From: Mycobacteriales bacterium
GTDB lineage: Bacteria; Actinomycetota; Actinomycetes; JAFAQI01
NCBI GenBank assembly: GCA_036267875.1
Contig: DATAVE010000117.1
Span: forward strand, 25,785 to 89,784
DNA: 64,000 nucleotides
Reading direction: 5' to 3'
Below, piece after piece: positions 1 to 7,962 of the stretch; the stretch's first letter is position 1; each line of letters begins with the position of its first letter. Both the position numbers and the translations under genes were made by a program. The notes under the pieces are model-generated. The model made no database searches. It was not told the origin of the DNA and was given only the letters and a program-made list of their open reading frames with translations.

Positions 1-1
1 C

Positions 2-592
2 GAGTCGGAGAACCTGATCGAGGTACGCCGCGGCCCGCACGGTGGGGCGCGAGTGAAGCCGCCATCCGCGAATGTGGCAGCACGCTATGCCGGGTTGGTT
101 CTCCAGCACCGGGTGACAGCGATGGCCGATGTCTACGAGGCGCGGACGGTGATCGAGGGCCGGCTCGCGCGCGCCGTAGTGGAGCGGGCCACGCCCAGTG
201 CGCTGGCGCGGCTCGATCTCGAGCTGGCCGCGGGCGGGGCTGTCGTCGACGACCCGCAGGCGTTCGCCGATCACGACATCAGCTTCCATCTGCTGATCGC
301 GGCGCTCGCCGGCAACGAGACGATCGAGCTGCTCGTTCACATGCTCTACAGCATCGTGGGCGTTGCGCGGCGGGAGTACGTCGCGGCGTCGGACGGAGAT
401 CGGGCGCTCCAGGAGGCCCGTCAGGTGCACCGAACTCATACGCGGCTGGTCGAGTTGATCCGAGCGAAGGACGCCGACACTGTGCACGCGCTCTGGGAGC
501 GGCACCTCGCCGAGGTTCGCAAGCACTACCTCGCGATGCCTGCACCGGGTGCAGTTGTCGATCTGTTCCGCGTCACCGGCACGGAAGGTTAG
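2..592 (+). CDS. GntR/FadR-family transcriptional regulator, 5'-truncated by window edge (C-terminal FCD-type ligand domain present)
   Basis: Frame open from nt 2; ESENLIEVRRGPHGGARV..DVAARYAG..FHLLIAALAGN..MLYSIVGVARREYV..QVHRTHTRLVELI is collinear with the complete paralog at 10779..11531. Confidence 0.8.
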   Translation, partial: ESENLIEVRRGPHGGARVKPPSANVAARYAGLVLQHRVTAMADVYEARTVIEGRLARAVVERATPSALARLDLELAAGGAVVDDPQAFADHDISFHLLIAALAGNETIELLVHMLYSIVGVARREYVAASDGDRALQEARQVHRTHTRLVELIRAKDADTVHALWERHLAEVRKHYLAMPAPGAVVDLFRVTGTEG

Positions 593-607
593 GAGGCAGC
601 GCCGTCC

Positions 608-1507
608 ATGAGGTTCATGTTTCAGTACCCCGACGTCACCGGCACGGACATCGACATGCTCGACTGCGGGCCGGTGGACGAGGTCGCCAGGGCGGCGGAG
701 GACGCGGGCTTCATGGGATTCGCGTTCACCGAGCATCCCGCGCCTGGCGCCAAGTGGCTCATGTCGGGCGGTCACCAGTCCCTCGACCCCTTCGTCGGCC
801 TTGCGTATGCCGCCGCGGCAACAACGAAGATCAGGCTGCTGACCTATCTGTCCGTCGTTCCGTACCGCAATCCGTTGCTGCTCGCAAAGTCCGCTGCCAC
901 CGTCGACAAGATCTCCGGCGGGCGGTTCATTCTCGGGGTCGGTACTGGCTACCTCAAAGGCGAGTTTCACGCGTTGGGTGCCGACTTCGACGAGCGCAAC
1001 GCGCTGTTCGACGAGGCGCTCGATGTCCTGCCGCAGCACTGGTCAGGGGAGCCCTTCAGCTATCAGGGTCGCCATTTCGAGGCACGTGACGTGGTGGGGC
1101 GCCCACGTCCGGTTCAGTTGCCGATCCCGATCTGGATCGGCGGCAACTCGGCGCTGACCAGGCGTCGGGTTGCCGAGCGTGCCCAGGGCTGGATGCCCTT
1201 GAGTGGCACGCCCGAGCTGTTCCGGACGACGAGGACGGCACCGCTCGACGAGAAGAAAGAGCTGACTGCGGCGATCGCGGACCTGCGCGCCGCGGCCGGC
1301 GACCGTGGTCAGTCGCTCGATGTGATGGTCGCTCACACCGACCTCGGAATCGCCGATCCTGATGCGGACCTCGCGAAGCACGCTGAGCAGTTCGCCGCTT
1401 ATGAGGCGGCCGGCGCCACGTGGGTGATGATCCCGGGCGCGACCTACACCCGTCGTGACACGCTCGACTTCCTCGAGCGCTTCGGTTCGTCAGTCATCGG
1501 CGCATGA
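608..1507 (+). CDS. Luciferase-like (LLM class) flavin/F420-dependent oxidoreductase
   Basis: 299-aa ORF, AGGAGG upstream; FTEHP, YLSVVPYRNPLLLAKSAATVDKISGGRFILGVGTGY typical of LLM TIM-barrel family. Confidence 0.75.
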   Translation: MRFMFQYPDVTGTDIDMLDCGPVDEVARAAEDAGFMGFAFTEHPAPGAKWLMSGGHQSLDPFVGLAYAAAATTKIRLLTYLSVVPYRNPLLLAKSAATVDKISGGRFILGVGTGYLKGEFHALGADFDERNALFDEALDVLPQHWSGEPFSYQGRHFEARDVVGRPRPVQLPIPIWIGGNSALTRRRVAERAQGWMPLSGTPELFRTTRTAPLDEKKELTAAIADLRAAAGDRGQSLDVMVAHTDLGIADPDADLAKHAEQFAAYEAAGATWVMIPGATYTRRDTLDFLERFGSSVIGA

Positions 1508-2379
1508 CGAGCCCGGCGCACGTGCACAGCATGATGCACTGCAACCTCAACACCCGTGACCTCGCCGCGGCAGCCCGCTTCTACGCCGAGTTGCTCGACC
1601 TGGCCCCGGGAATGAAGACCGCGAGGGTGCCGACAGATGGCACTGGCCTGGGCGTCGAGGGCCTGGCGACTTCCGAGGTTTGGTTCATGTACGACCACCG
1701 CGGACCGCGCGCCGCGCCGGGGCTCGAGCTTCAGGAATGGGACGTACCGGCACTTGTCGGCACGCACCCCAGCGAGCCGAACCACGTCGGGCTGATCGCG
1801 GTCGGCTACGCCGTTCCCGAACTCGACGTGACTGGCGCCACGTTGTGGCCCGCTCGGGGCGAGCTTCGCCCGGTGGTGACTGTCGTCGACGGCGACGACG
1901 TGCCGGTCGAACGGATCCTTGCAGGACCGGGCACGACGTCCCCGGTCTTCTCGCATGTGCGCATCAACTGCTCGGATCTCGAGCGCTCCCAGCAGTGGTA
2001 CGCGAGGCTCGGATTCGAGCCGGTTGGCCAGCCGGTCCACGTCGTGGGGGACCGGCACGTCAAGAGCCAGACGTTGGAGTGCGCGAGTGAGCAGTCATTC
2101 GCGATCGAGCTGACCCAGTGGTTGACGCCGGAGCCGGTCGGCGCGGCGGCCTCACCGGCCTACCACCGGGGCCTCTACCGGATCGCACTCGGCGTCGAGG
2201 ACGTGAAGGAGGCGTACAACGTGCTCGTCCAGGACCGTCCCGACATCGACGAGCCGCTCTGGGTAGAGCTGCCGGGAACGAGGCTCGGCGGCGTGTGGGT
2301 CATGTTCTTGAAGGACCCGGACGGTGTGGTCGTCGAGCTCGTACAGCGGCCGATCTCTGCGATGACCGGACAGAAATGA
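1504..2379 (+). CDS. Two-domain VOC (glyoxalase/bleomycin-resistance/dioxygenase) family protein
   Basis: ATGA overlap with upstream gene; two repeats of VOC module (HCNLNTRDLAAAARFYAELL.. and HVRINCSDLERSQQWYARLGFEP..FLKDPDGVVVELVQ). Confidence 0.7.
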   Translation: MTSPAHVHSMMHCNLNTRDLAAAARFYAELLDLAPGMKTARVPTDGTGLGVEGLATSEVWFMYDHRGPRAAPGLELQEWDVPALVGTHPSEPNHVGLIAVGYAVPELDVTGATLWPARGELRPVVTVVDGDDVPVERILAGPGTTSPVFSHVRINCSDLERSQQWYARLGFEPVGQPVHVVGDRHVKSQTLECASEQSFAIELTQWLTPEPVGAAASPAYHRGLYRIALGVEDVKEAYNVLVQDRPDIDEPLWVELPGTRLGGVWVMFLKDPDGVVVELVQRPISAMTGQK

Positions 2380-2400
2380 GCCGGGGTTCCGGAATCATCC

Positions 2401-2461
2401 AATGCATTAAGCGGATATGACCTGGTTGGCGTGGTGGAATCTTGTCGAAACCCTATCGATA
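2401..2461. promoter_or_regulatory. Lower-GC leader of the ABC operon containing two perfect 8-bp palindromes (AATGCATT 2401..2408, TATCGATA 2454..2461)
   Basis: Read directly; lies in the 146-bp gap upstream of SBP start 2526. Confidence 0.3.
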
Positions 2462-2525
2462 CTGCCGCGTAACCCGTATGGTCCGCAGCACGCGGGAAGA
2501 CCTGAGCGCCAAGGAGGGCTTGTCA

Positions 2526-3761
2526 ATGGTTCGAGGTATGGCTTTGAGAATGGGCTCGGCGGTGATCGCCGTCGTCGCGTTCGCTGGTGCCTGCAGTAGC
2601 AGCAGCAGTGGTGGGGGAAACACCCCAACCGGTGGCGGCTCGTCCGCACCCACGTTGACGGGATCTCCGATCAACATCGGTGACGTCGGGACCTACAGCG
2701 GCTTCTCCTCCGAAGCGTCCGACCAGGGCTTGTCGGCGATGACCGCCTGGGTCGACTACACCAACGCGAACGGCGGAATCAACGGACACCCGGTCAAGCT
2801 GTTCACCAAGGATGACGCCGGTTCGGCGACCAAGGCACTTGCCGCAGTCAAGGAGCTCGTGGAGCAGGACCACGTCATCGCGATCGTGGGTCAGCACGAG
2901 TCGGGTCTCGAGGCGTCATGGGAGAAGTACATCGACGCGGCGAAGATCCCCGTGATCGGCGGCATCGCGTCGTCGGCCGCGTGGCTCACCGACTCGAACT
3001 TCTACCCGTCGAACCTCACCCCGGTGAACACCCTCACCATGTCCGTTTACGCCACGGTGCTTGCCAAGGAGGCCTCCTTCGGCGTCGTCTACTGCGCCGA
3101 GGTGCCTGGGTGCGCCCAGGCCGCAACGTTGACCGCGGGCGCAGCAAAGGAACTGCACATCACCTACGCAGGCGGTCTGTCGATCTCGGCATCCTCCTCG
3201 AGCTACGCGGCGCAGTGCCTCCAGCTCAAGAACAAGGGCGCAGCCTCCGTGTTCACGGCGACGTCGATCGACGTGTCCGAACGGCTGATCGCGAACTGCA
3301 CGTCGCAGGGATTCTCTCCGACCTGGATAGACGACACCGAGAACTGGGGTGCGTCGCACACCGCGAACTCGGTCTGGGATGGCGCCTGGATCTACGCAGA
3401 TGGTGTCGGCTGGCTGTCACAGAAGCCGGCGATGGTGGCATTCCGGTCCGCGATGGCGCAGTACGAGCCGAAGGCGGACATCAACACCGCGGCCGCATCG
3501 ACGAGCTGGGGTGCCGGCGAGCTGTTCAAGGCGGCGGCATCGAGCATCGCGGCAAGTGCGACGCCGACGGCGGCGGCCGTCATCACAGGCTTGGACGGTC
3601 TCGGGCCGAACTTCACCGCTGGCGGGACGATCCCGCCAGTGACGTTCACGGCGGGCGCACCCGCAAAGCAGCAGCCGTGCGCCAGCTACTTCAAGGTGGT
3701 GGACAAGAAGCTCACCACGCCCGAAGGTACTGAGATGGTGTGCCTCCCGGCCAGCAGCTGA
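2526..3761 (+). CDS. Liv-type (branched-chain amino acid family) ABC transporter solute-binding lipoprotein
   Basis: AGGAGG 9 nt upstream of ATG 2526; signal peptide + lipobox-like AFAGAC; INIGDVGTYSG..WVDYTNANGGINGHPVKL..DDAG typical of LivK/Peripla_BP_6 fold; paralog of 61063..62559. Confidence 0.8.
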   Translation: MVRGMALRMGSAVIAVVAFAGACSSSSSGGGNTPTGGGSSAPTLTGSPINIGDVGTYSGFSSEASDQGLSAMTAWVDYTNANGGINGHPVKLFTKDDAGSATKALAAVKELVEQDHVIAIVGQHESGLEASWEKYIDAAKIPVIGGIASSAAWLTDSNFYPSNLTPVNTLTMSVYATVLAKEASFGVVYCAEVPGCAQAATLTAGAAKELHITYAGGLSISASSSSYAAQCLQLKNKGAASVFTATSIDVSERLIANCTSQGFSPTWIDDTENWGASHTANSVWDGAWIYADGVGWLSQKPAMVAFRSAMAQYEPKADINTAAASTSWGAGELFKAAASSIAASATPTAAAVITGLDGLGPNFTAGGTIPPVTFTAGAPAKQQPCASYFKVVDKKLTTPEGTEMVCLPASS

Positions 3762-3785
3762 TCTGGTGGTGGTGACGGTCAGGCC

Positions 3786-6548
3786 ATGAGCGATCTCCTC
3801 CCGTTTGTCATTCTTGGCATCGTCTCGGGGTCCGTTTATGGCCTGGCCGCCACCGGCCTGGTGCTGACGTACAAGACGTCAGGCATCTTCAACTTTGCTC
3901 ACGGCGCGGTCGCGACCACTGCGGCGTACGCCTTCTTCTCACTGCACGACGACCACGGCGTTGCCTGGCCGATCGCCGGCATTCTCAGCGTGTTCGTGCT
4001 CGGGCCAGCTCTCGGTGTCGTCCTCGAGCTGATGGCCAGGCGGCTCGCTGACACGGCTGCCATCTACAAGATCGTGGCAACGGTCGGGCTGATCCTCGTC
4101 ACGGATGGCTTCTTCTCGGCGCGGTTCGGGTCCGAGGTAGCGGGCTTCCCGTCATACCTCCCGACCGGGCAGGCGTTTGCGCTCGATGGCGCAAACATCG
4201 ACTGGGACCAGGTCATCATCACGCTCATCGCGTTGGCCTCGACGATCGTGCTGTACGGGTTCATGCGGATGACCCGGACGGGTCTGGCAATGCGCGGCGT
4301 CGTCGACAACGCCGAGCTCCTCGATCTATCGGGTACCAGCCCGGTGCGCGTGCGACGTGCATCGTGGATGATCGGCGCGACCGTCGCCTCGCTCGCCGGC
4401 GTGCTGCTCGCGCCGAGTCTCAGTCTCGACGCACTACAGCTCACGCTCCTGGTGCTGCAGGCGTTCGGCGCCGCGGCGCTCGGCTACTTCTCGAGCCTGC
4501 CGATGAGCTACGCGGGCGGTCTGCTCGTCGGCATCGCTGCGTCCATCGCAACGAAGTACGGCGCGCTGACCCATCCCAACGCACTGCGGTCGGGACTTCC
4601 GGCGAGCGTGCCCTTCCTCGTCCTTTTCCTCGTGCTGGTCGTCACTCCGCGGCGCCGGCTGCTCGACCGCCGACTGACCTCACGAACCGCGGTTGCGAGC
4701 CTCTGGCGGGCGCCGGCGCGGGTCCAGGTGGCCGGCGGCGCGGTCCTCCTGGCGGGGCTGGTCATCATCCCCTTTGCGGTGAGTGACGCGAAGCTCGGTT
4801 TCTACACCGTGATGCTGTGCACCGTCGTCCTGTTCCTGTCTCTCGGCTTGCTGATCAGGACCTCCGGCCAGGTGTCGCTGGCACACGCCGGCTTTGCCGC
4901 GATCGGCGCTGCGTCGATGGCCCACTTCACCACCGGCGTCGGGATGCCGTGGCTGCTCGCCTTGGTCCTCGCGGGTCTTGTCGCGGTACCAGTCGGTGCC
5001 TTCATCGCGGTTCCGGCGATCCGGCTGTCAGGAGTCTTCCTCGCACTGGCGACCTTCGGGTTCGGGATCACGTTGCAGCAGATGGGCTATCCGTTGCATC
5101 TGCTGTTCGGAACCGGCGCGGACGGTCTGGTCGAGCCGAGACCGTCCGGGTTCGGTGGCGACAAGAGCTACTACTTCCTGGTGTTGATCGTTGCCGTTGC
5201 CGCAGCCGGCGCGGTTCTGTGGCTGCAACGGGGCCGGCTCGGACGGCTGTTGCGCGGTCTGGGGGACTCGCCGATCGCGTTGTCGACTCATGGCGCGAGT
5301 GTCAACACCACGAGGGTGTTGGTGTTCTGCATCTCTGCGTTCCTCGCGGCGATCTACGGCGGGTTGTACGGCGGTGCCGTGACGGTGGTGACCGGTTCAG
5401 ACTCTGCGTTCCTGCCCTTCTCCTCGCTGATCGTCGTCGCGGTGCTGACCATCGCGCCAGGTCGCGAGCCTTGGTATGCGTTCTTCGCCGCGGCGGCGAT
5501 GATCATTCCGCCTGCATACATCACCAACGCGGACGTGACCAACTGGCTGAATGTGATCTTCGGTATCGCCGCGGTGCTGGTGTCGATGCGCGGTGGCAAC
5601 GTGCCGATCCCAGGTGTGCGCGAGCTCGTCGATCGACTCGGTGGCCGTACCGCGGTCGCATCGGGGCCGGTGGCCCGCGTCGACGACACGACCGAGGAGC
5701 CCGCGCCGGCCCAGCCACCCGGTGCGCCCGTCGCCGAGGTCGGTCGCGTCGGCACGGGGCTGGTGGTCTCGGACCTGACTGTCACTTTTGGTGGGCACAC
5801 CGCCGTACGGTCGTTCGGTCTGTCCGCGCCCAGGGGGCAGGTCACCGGCCTGATCGGACCGAACGGTGCCGGCAAGACGACGACGTTCAACGCGTGCTGC
5901 GGGCTGCTGCGGCCGGGTTCCGGGACGGTGTCGCTGGACGGTCGGGACGTCACGCGCCTGTCGCCGGCAGCTCGCGCCAGGCTCGGTCTTGGCCGGACGT
6001 TCCAGAAGATGGAGCTGTTCGACTCCATGACAGTCAGCGACAACATCGCATTGGGTCGTGAGGCGTCGCTCGCGGGGATGCGGCCGCTGCGGCATGTCGC
6101 GCCGCGCCGGGGCGATCGCGCATCGATCGACGACGCCGTGACGTCTGCCGCGCAAACATGTGGGATCAGTGACTGGATGGACCGCCCAGTGGGCAGTCTG
6201 TCGACTGGGGAGCGACGTCTCGTCGAGCTGGCCCGGTCTCTCGCCGGACCGTTCGACCTGTTGCTGCTCGACGAGCCGTCGTCGGGACTCAACCGGGTCG
6301 AGACGGAACGACTCGGCCGGGTGCTGACCAGGGTGATCGGCGAACGCGACATCGGGATACTGCTCACCGAACACGACATGGCACTGGTGACGCAGGTCTG
6401 CTCCTATATCTATGTGCTCGACTTCGGTGCGCAGATCTTCGAGGGGACTCCGGCCGAGGTCATGCGCAGCGCCGAGGTGCGGGCTGCCTATCTTGGCTCG
6501 GAGGCGCCGGCCTTGCCCGATGCCGCCTCTGATGCGGTGGGCCCGTGA
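3786..6548 (+). CDS. Fused ABC transporter: LivH-like permease + LivM-like permease + LivG-like ATPase in one 920-aa protein
   Basis: Continuous ORF; N-term GLVLTYKTSGIFNFAHGAV (LivH-type), middle SGQVSLAHAGFAAIGA (LivM-type), P/A/E-rich linker, then Walker A GPNGAGKTT, signature LSTGERR, Walker B LLLLDEPSSGL. Confidence 0.85.
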   Translation: MSDLLPFVILGIVSGSVYGLAATGLVLTYKTSGIFNFAHGAVATTAAYAFFSLHDDHGVAWPIAGILSVFVLGPALGVVLELMARRLADTAAIYKIVATVGLILVTDGFFSARFGSEVAGFPSYLPTGQAFALDGANIDWDQVIITLIALASTIVLYGFMRMTRTGLAMRGVVDNAELLDLSGTSPVRVRRASWMIGATVASLAGVLLAPSLSLDALQLTLLVLQAFGAAALGYFSSLPMSYAGGLLVGIAASIATKYGALTHPNALRSGLPASVPFLVLFLVLVVTPRRRLLDRRLTSRTAVASLWRAPARVQVAGGAVLLAGLVIIPFAVSDAKLGFYTVMLCTVVLFLSLGLLIRTSGQVSLAHAGFAAIGAASMAHFTTGVGMPWLLALVLAGLVAVPVGAFIAVPAIRLSGVFLALATFGFGITLQQMGYPLHLLFGTGADGLVEPRPSGFGGDKSYYFLVLIVAVAAAGAVLWLQRGRLGRLLRGLGDSPIALSTHGASVNTTRVLVFCISAFLAAIYGGLYGGAVTVVTGSDSAFLPFSSLIVVAVLTIAPGREPWYAFFAAAAMIIPPAYITNADVTNWLNVIFGIAAVLVSMRGGNVPIPGVRELVDRLGGRTAVASGPVARVDDTTEEPAPAQPPGAPVAEVGRVGTGLVVSDLTVTFGGHTAVRSFGLSAPRGQVTGLIGPNGAGKTTTFNACCGLLRPGSGTVSLDGRDVTRLSPAARARLGLGRTFQKMELFDSMTVSDNIALGREASLAGMRPLRHVAPRRGDRASIDDAVTSAAQTCGISDWMDRPVGSLSTGERRLVELARSLAGPFDLLLLDEPSSGLNRVETERLGRVLTRVIGERDIGILLTEHDMALVTQVCSYIYVLDFGAQIFEGTPAEVMRSAEVRAAYLGSEAPALPDAASDAVGP

Positions 6549-7267
6549 CCGCGTCGCCAGTGCTGGAGCTCCGCAACGTCAGTGCGGGCTACGCAGACAC
6601 GCCGATTCTCCACGACGTGTCGATCACGGTTCCGGCCGGCAGCGTCGTGGCGCTCCTGGGCCCGAACGGCGCAGGCAAGACGACGCTGCTGCGCTGCGCG
6701 TCAGGCCTCCTTCGGCCCACCTCGGGGTCGGTCTGGTTCGACGGTCAGGACACGACACGGGCGAAGCCGCACCAACTCGCGCGGCGCGGGCTGTGCCATA
6801 TCCCGGAGAGCCGAGGCGTATATCCCTCCCTGACCGTGCGGGAGAACCTCGTCCTGCACACCTCGCGAGCCGACCACAAGCAGGTCATCGCCGAGGCGGT
6901 CGAGCACTTCCCAAGCATCGGCAGGCGCATCGACCAACGTGCCGGCGACATGTCGGGTGGCGAGCAACAGATGCTCGCGGTGGTGCGGAGCTACCTCGCC
7001 GGCCCGAAGCTCGTACTCGTCGACGAGGTCTCCATGGGGCTCGCGCCAGTCATCGTCGATCGGATCTATGAGTTCCTGACGGCAGTCGTGAAAGGTGGGA
7101 CGTCGTTGTTGCTGGTTGAGCAGTACGTCAGCCGGGCACTCGCGGTCGCGAGCAGCGTGGTGTTGCTGGGGAAGGGACGCGTCGGCTTTCAGGGTGCCCC
7201 GTCGGAGCTGAAGGACGATGTGTTCGCCCACTACATGGGTGCCGCCGCTCAGGTCACCAAGGATTGA
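6545..7267 (+). CDS. LivF-like ABC transporter ATP-binding protein
   Basis: GTGA overlap with upstream gene; GPNGAGKTTLL, MSGGEQQMLAV, LVLVDEVSMGLAP. Confidence 0.85.
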   Translation: MTASPVLELRNVSAGYADTPILHDVSITVPAGSVVALLGPNGAGKTTLLRCASGLLRPTSGSVWFDGQDTTRAKPHQLARRGLCHIPESRGVYPSLTVRENLVLHTSRADHKQVIAEAVEHFPSIGRRIDQRAGDMSGGEQQMLAVVRSYLAGPKLVLVDEVSMGLAPVIVDRIYEFLTAVVKGGTSLLLVEQYVSRALAVASSVVLLGKGRVGFQGAPSELKDDVFAHYMGAAAQVTKD

Positions 7268-7268
7268 T

Positions 7269-7883
7269 ATGCCCAAGCCACCGCTGCAGTTGAATCCCGC
7301 CTCGACTGTGCTCGTCACGGTCGAGTGCCAACACGGCGTGGTCGGGGGTGAGGGCGCGCTCCCCGAGCTTGCCGCACAGGTCGGCGCCACGATGAGGTCG
7401 ATCGGCGCCCTGGCCGCTGCCTTTCGCGCCGCGGGCGGTCTGGTCGTCCACCTCACGTACGTGCCAGCGATCGGCAACCGCTCCTCCAACCGCAACGCCA
7501 TCCTGCTCGCCGGAGTGCTGGGAAAGATGGACGGCTGGACCGCCGACAGTCCCGAGACCCAGGTCGTCGACGAGATCGGGGTTGGCCCGGACGATGTCGT
7601 GCTCCCGCGCCATAGCGGGCTTTCGCCGACCCACAACACCGAGCTGTTCCCAATGCTGCGCAATGCCGGCTATGACTCGATCGTGTTCGCGGGGGTCTCG
7701 CTCAACATCGCGATGCCGGTCGTCGCGACGGAGGCGGTCGACGAGGGATTCCGCGTGATCATCCCGCGGGACGGCGTCACTGGTACGCCGGCCGAACATG
7801 CGGAGAGCATGCTGCGCCACACGATGTCGTTCATCGCCCGCATCGCCACCTGCGAGGAGATCGTCGCGGCGCTCGCCACGTAG
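7269..7883 (+). CDS. Isochorismatase-like (cysteine-hydrolase fold) protein lacking the canonical Asp-Lys-Cys residues
   Basis: ATG 7269 one nt after upstream stop; VLVTVECQHG.., IVFAGVSLNIAMPVVATEAVDEGFRVIIPRDGVTG; paralog of 33918..34550. Confidence 0.7.
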   Translation: MPKPPLQLNPASTVLVTVECQHGVVGGEGALPELAAQVGATMRSIGALAAAFRAAGGLVVHLTYVPAIGNRSSNRNAILLAGVLGKMDGWTADSPETQVVDEIGVGPDDVVLPRHSGLSPTHNTELFPMLRNAGYDSIVFAGVSLNIAMPVVATEAVDEGFRVIIPRDGVTGTPAEHAESMLRHTMSFIARIATCEEIVAALAT

Positions 7884-7910
7884 CTCGGGCGAGGCGAGCG
7901 TGGTTGCCGA

Positions 7911-7937
7911 GAGATATCGAAAGGTTTACGATATCTC
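7911..7937. promoter_or_regulatory. Perfect inverted repeat GAGATATCG-N9-CGATATCTC (candidate operator overlapping a TACGAT -10-like hexamer)
   Basis: 9-bp arms at 7911..7919 and 7929..7937; 26 nt upstream of amidohydrolase ATG 7963. Confidence 0.45.
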
Positions 7938-7962
7938 GATCAGACAAGCCGAGGAGCCCGGG

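Noticed and set aside
2385-2396. GGTTCCGGAATC resembling a tRNA T-arm in the 146-bp gap
   Set aside because: There is no complementary T-stem, acceptor stem or anticodon arm around it, so it cannot fold as a cloverleaf.
5620-5760. Pro/Ala-rich segment in the fused ABC gene as a possible hidden gene boundary or frameshift
   Set aside because: The frame is continuous, with no stop and no SD/start context for a separate ATPase gene. It is interpreted as an interdomain linker, though read-level verification is suggested.
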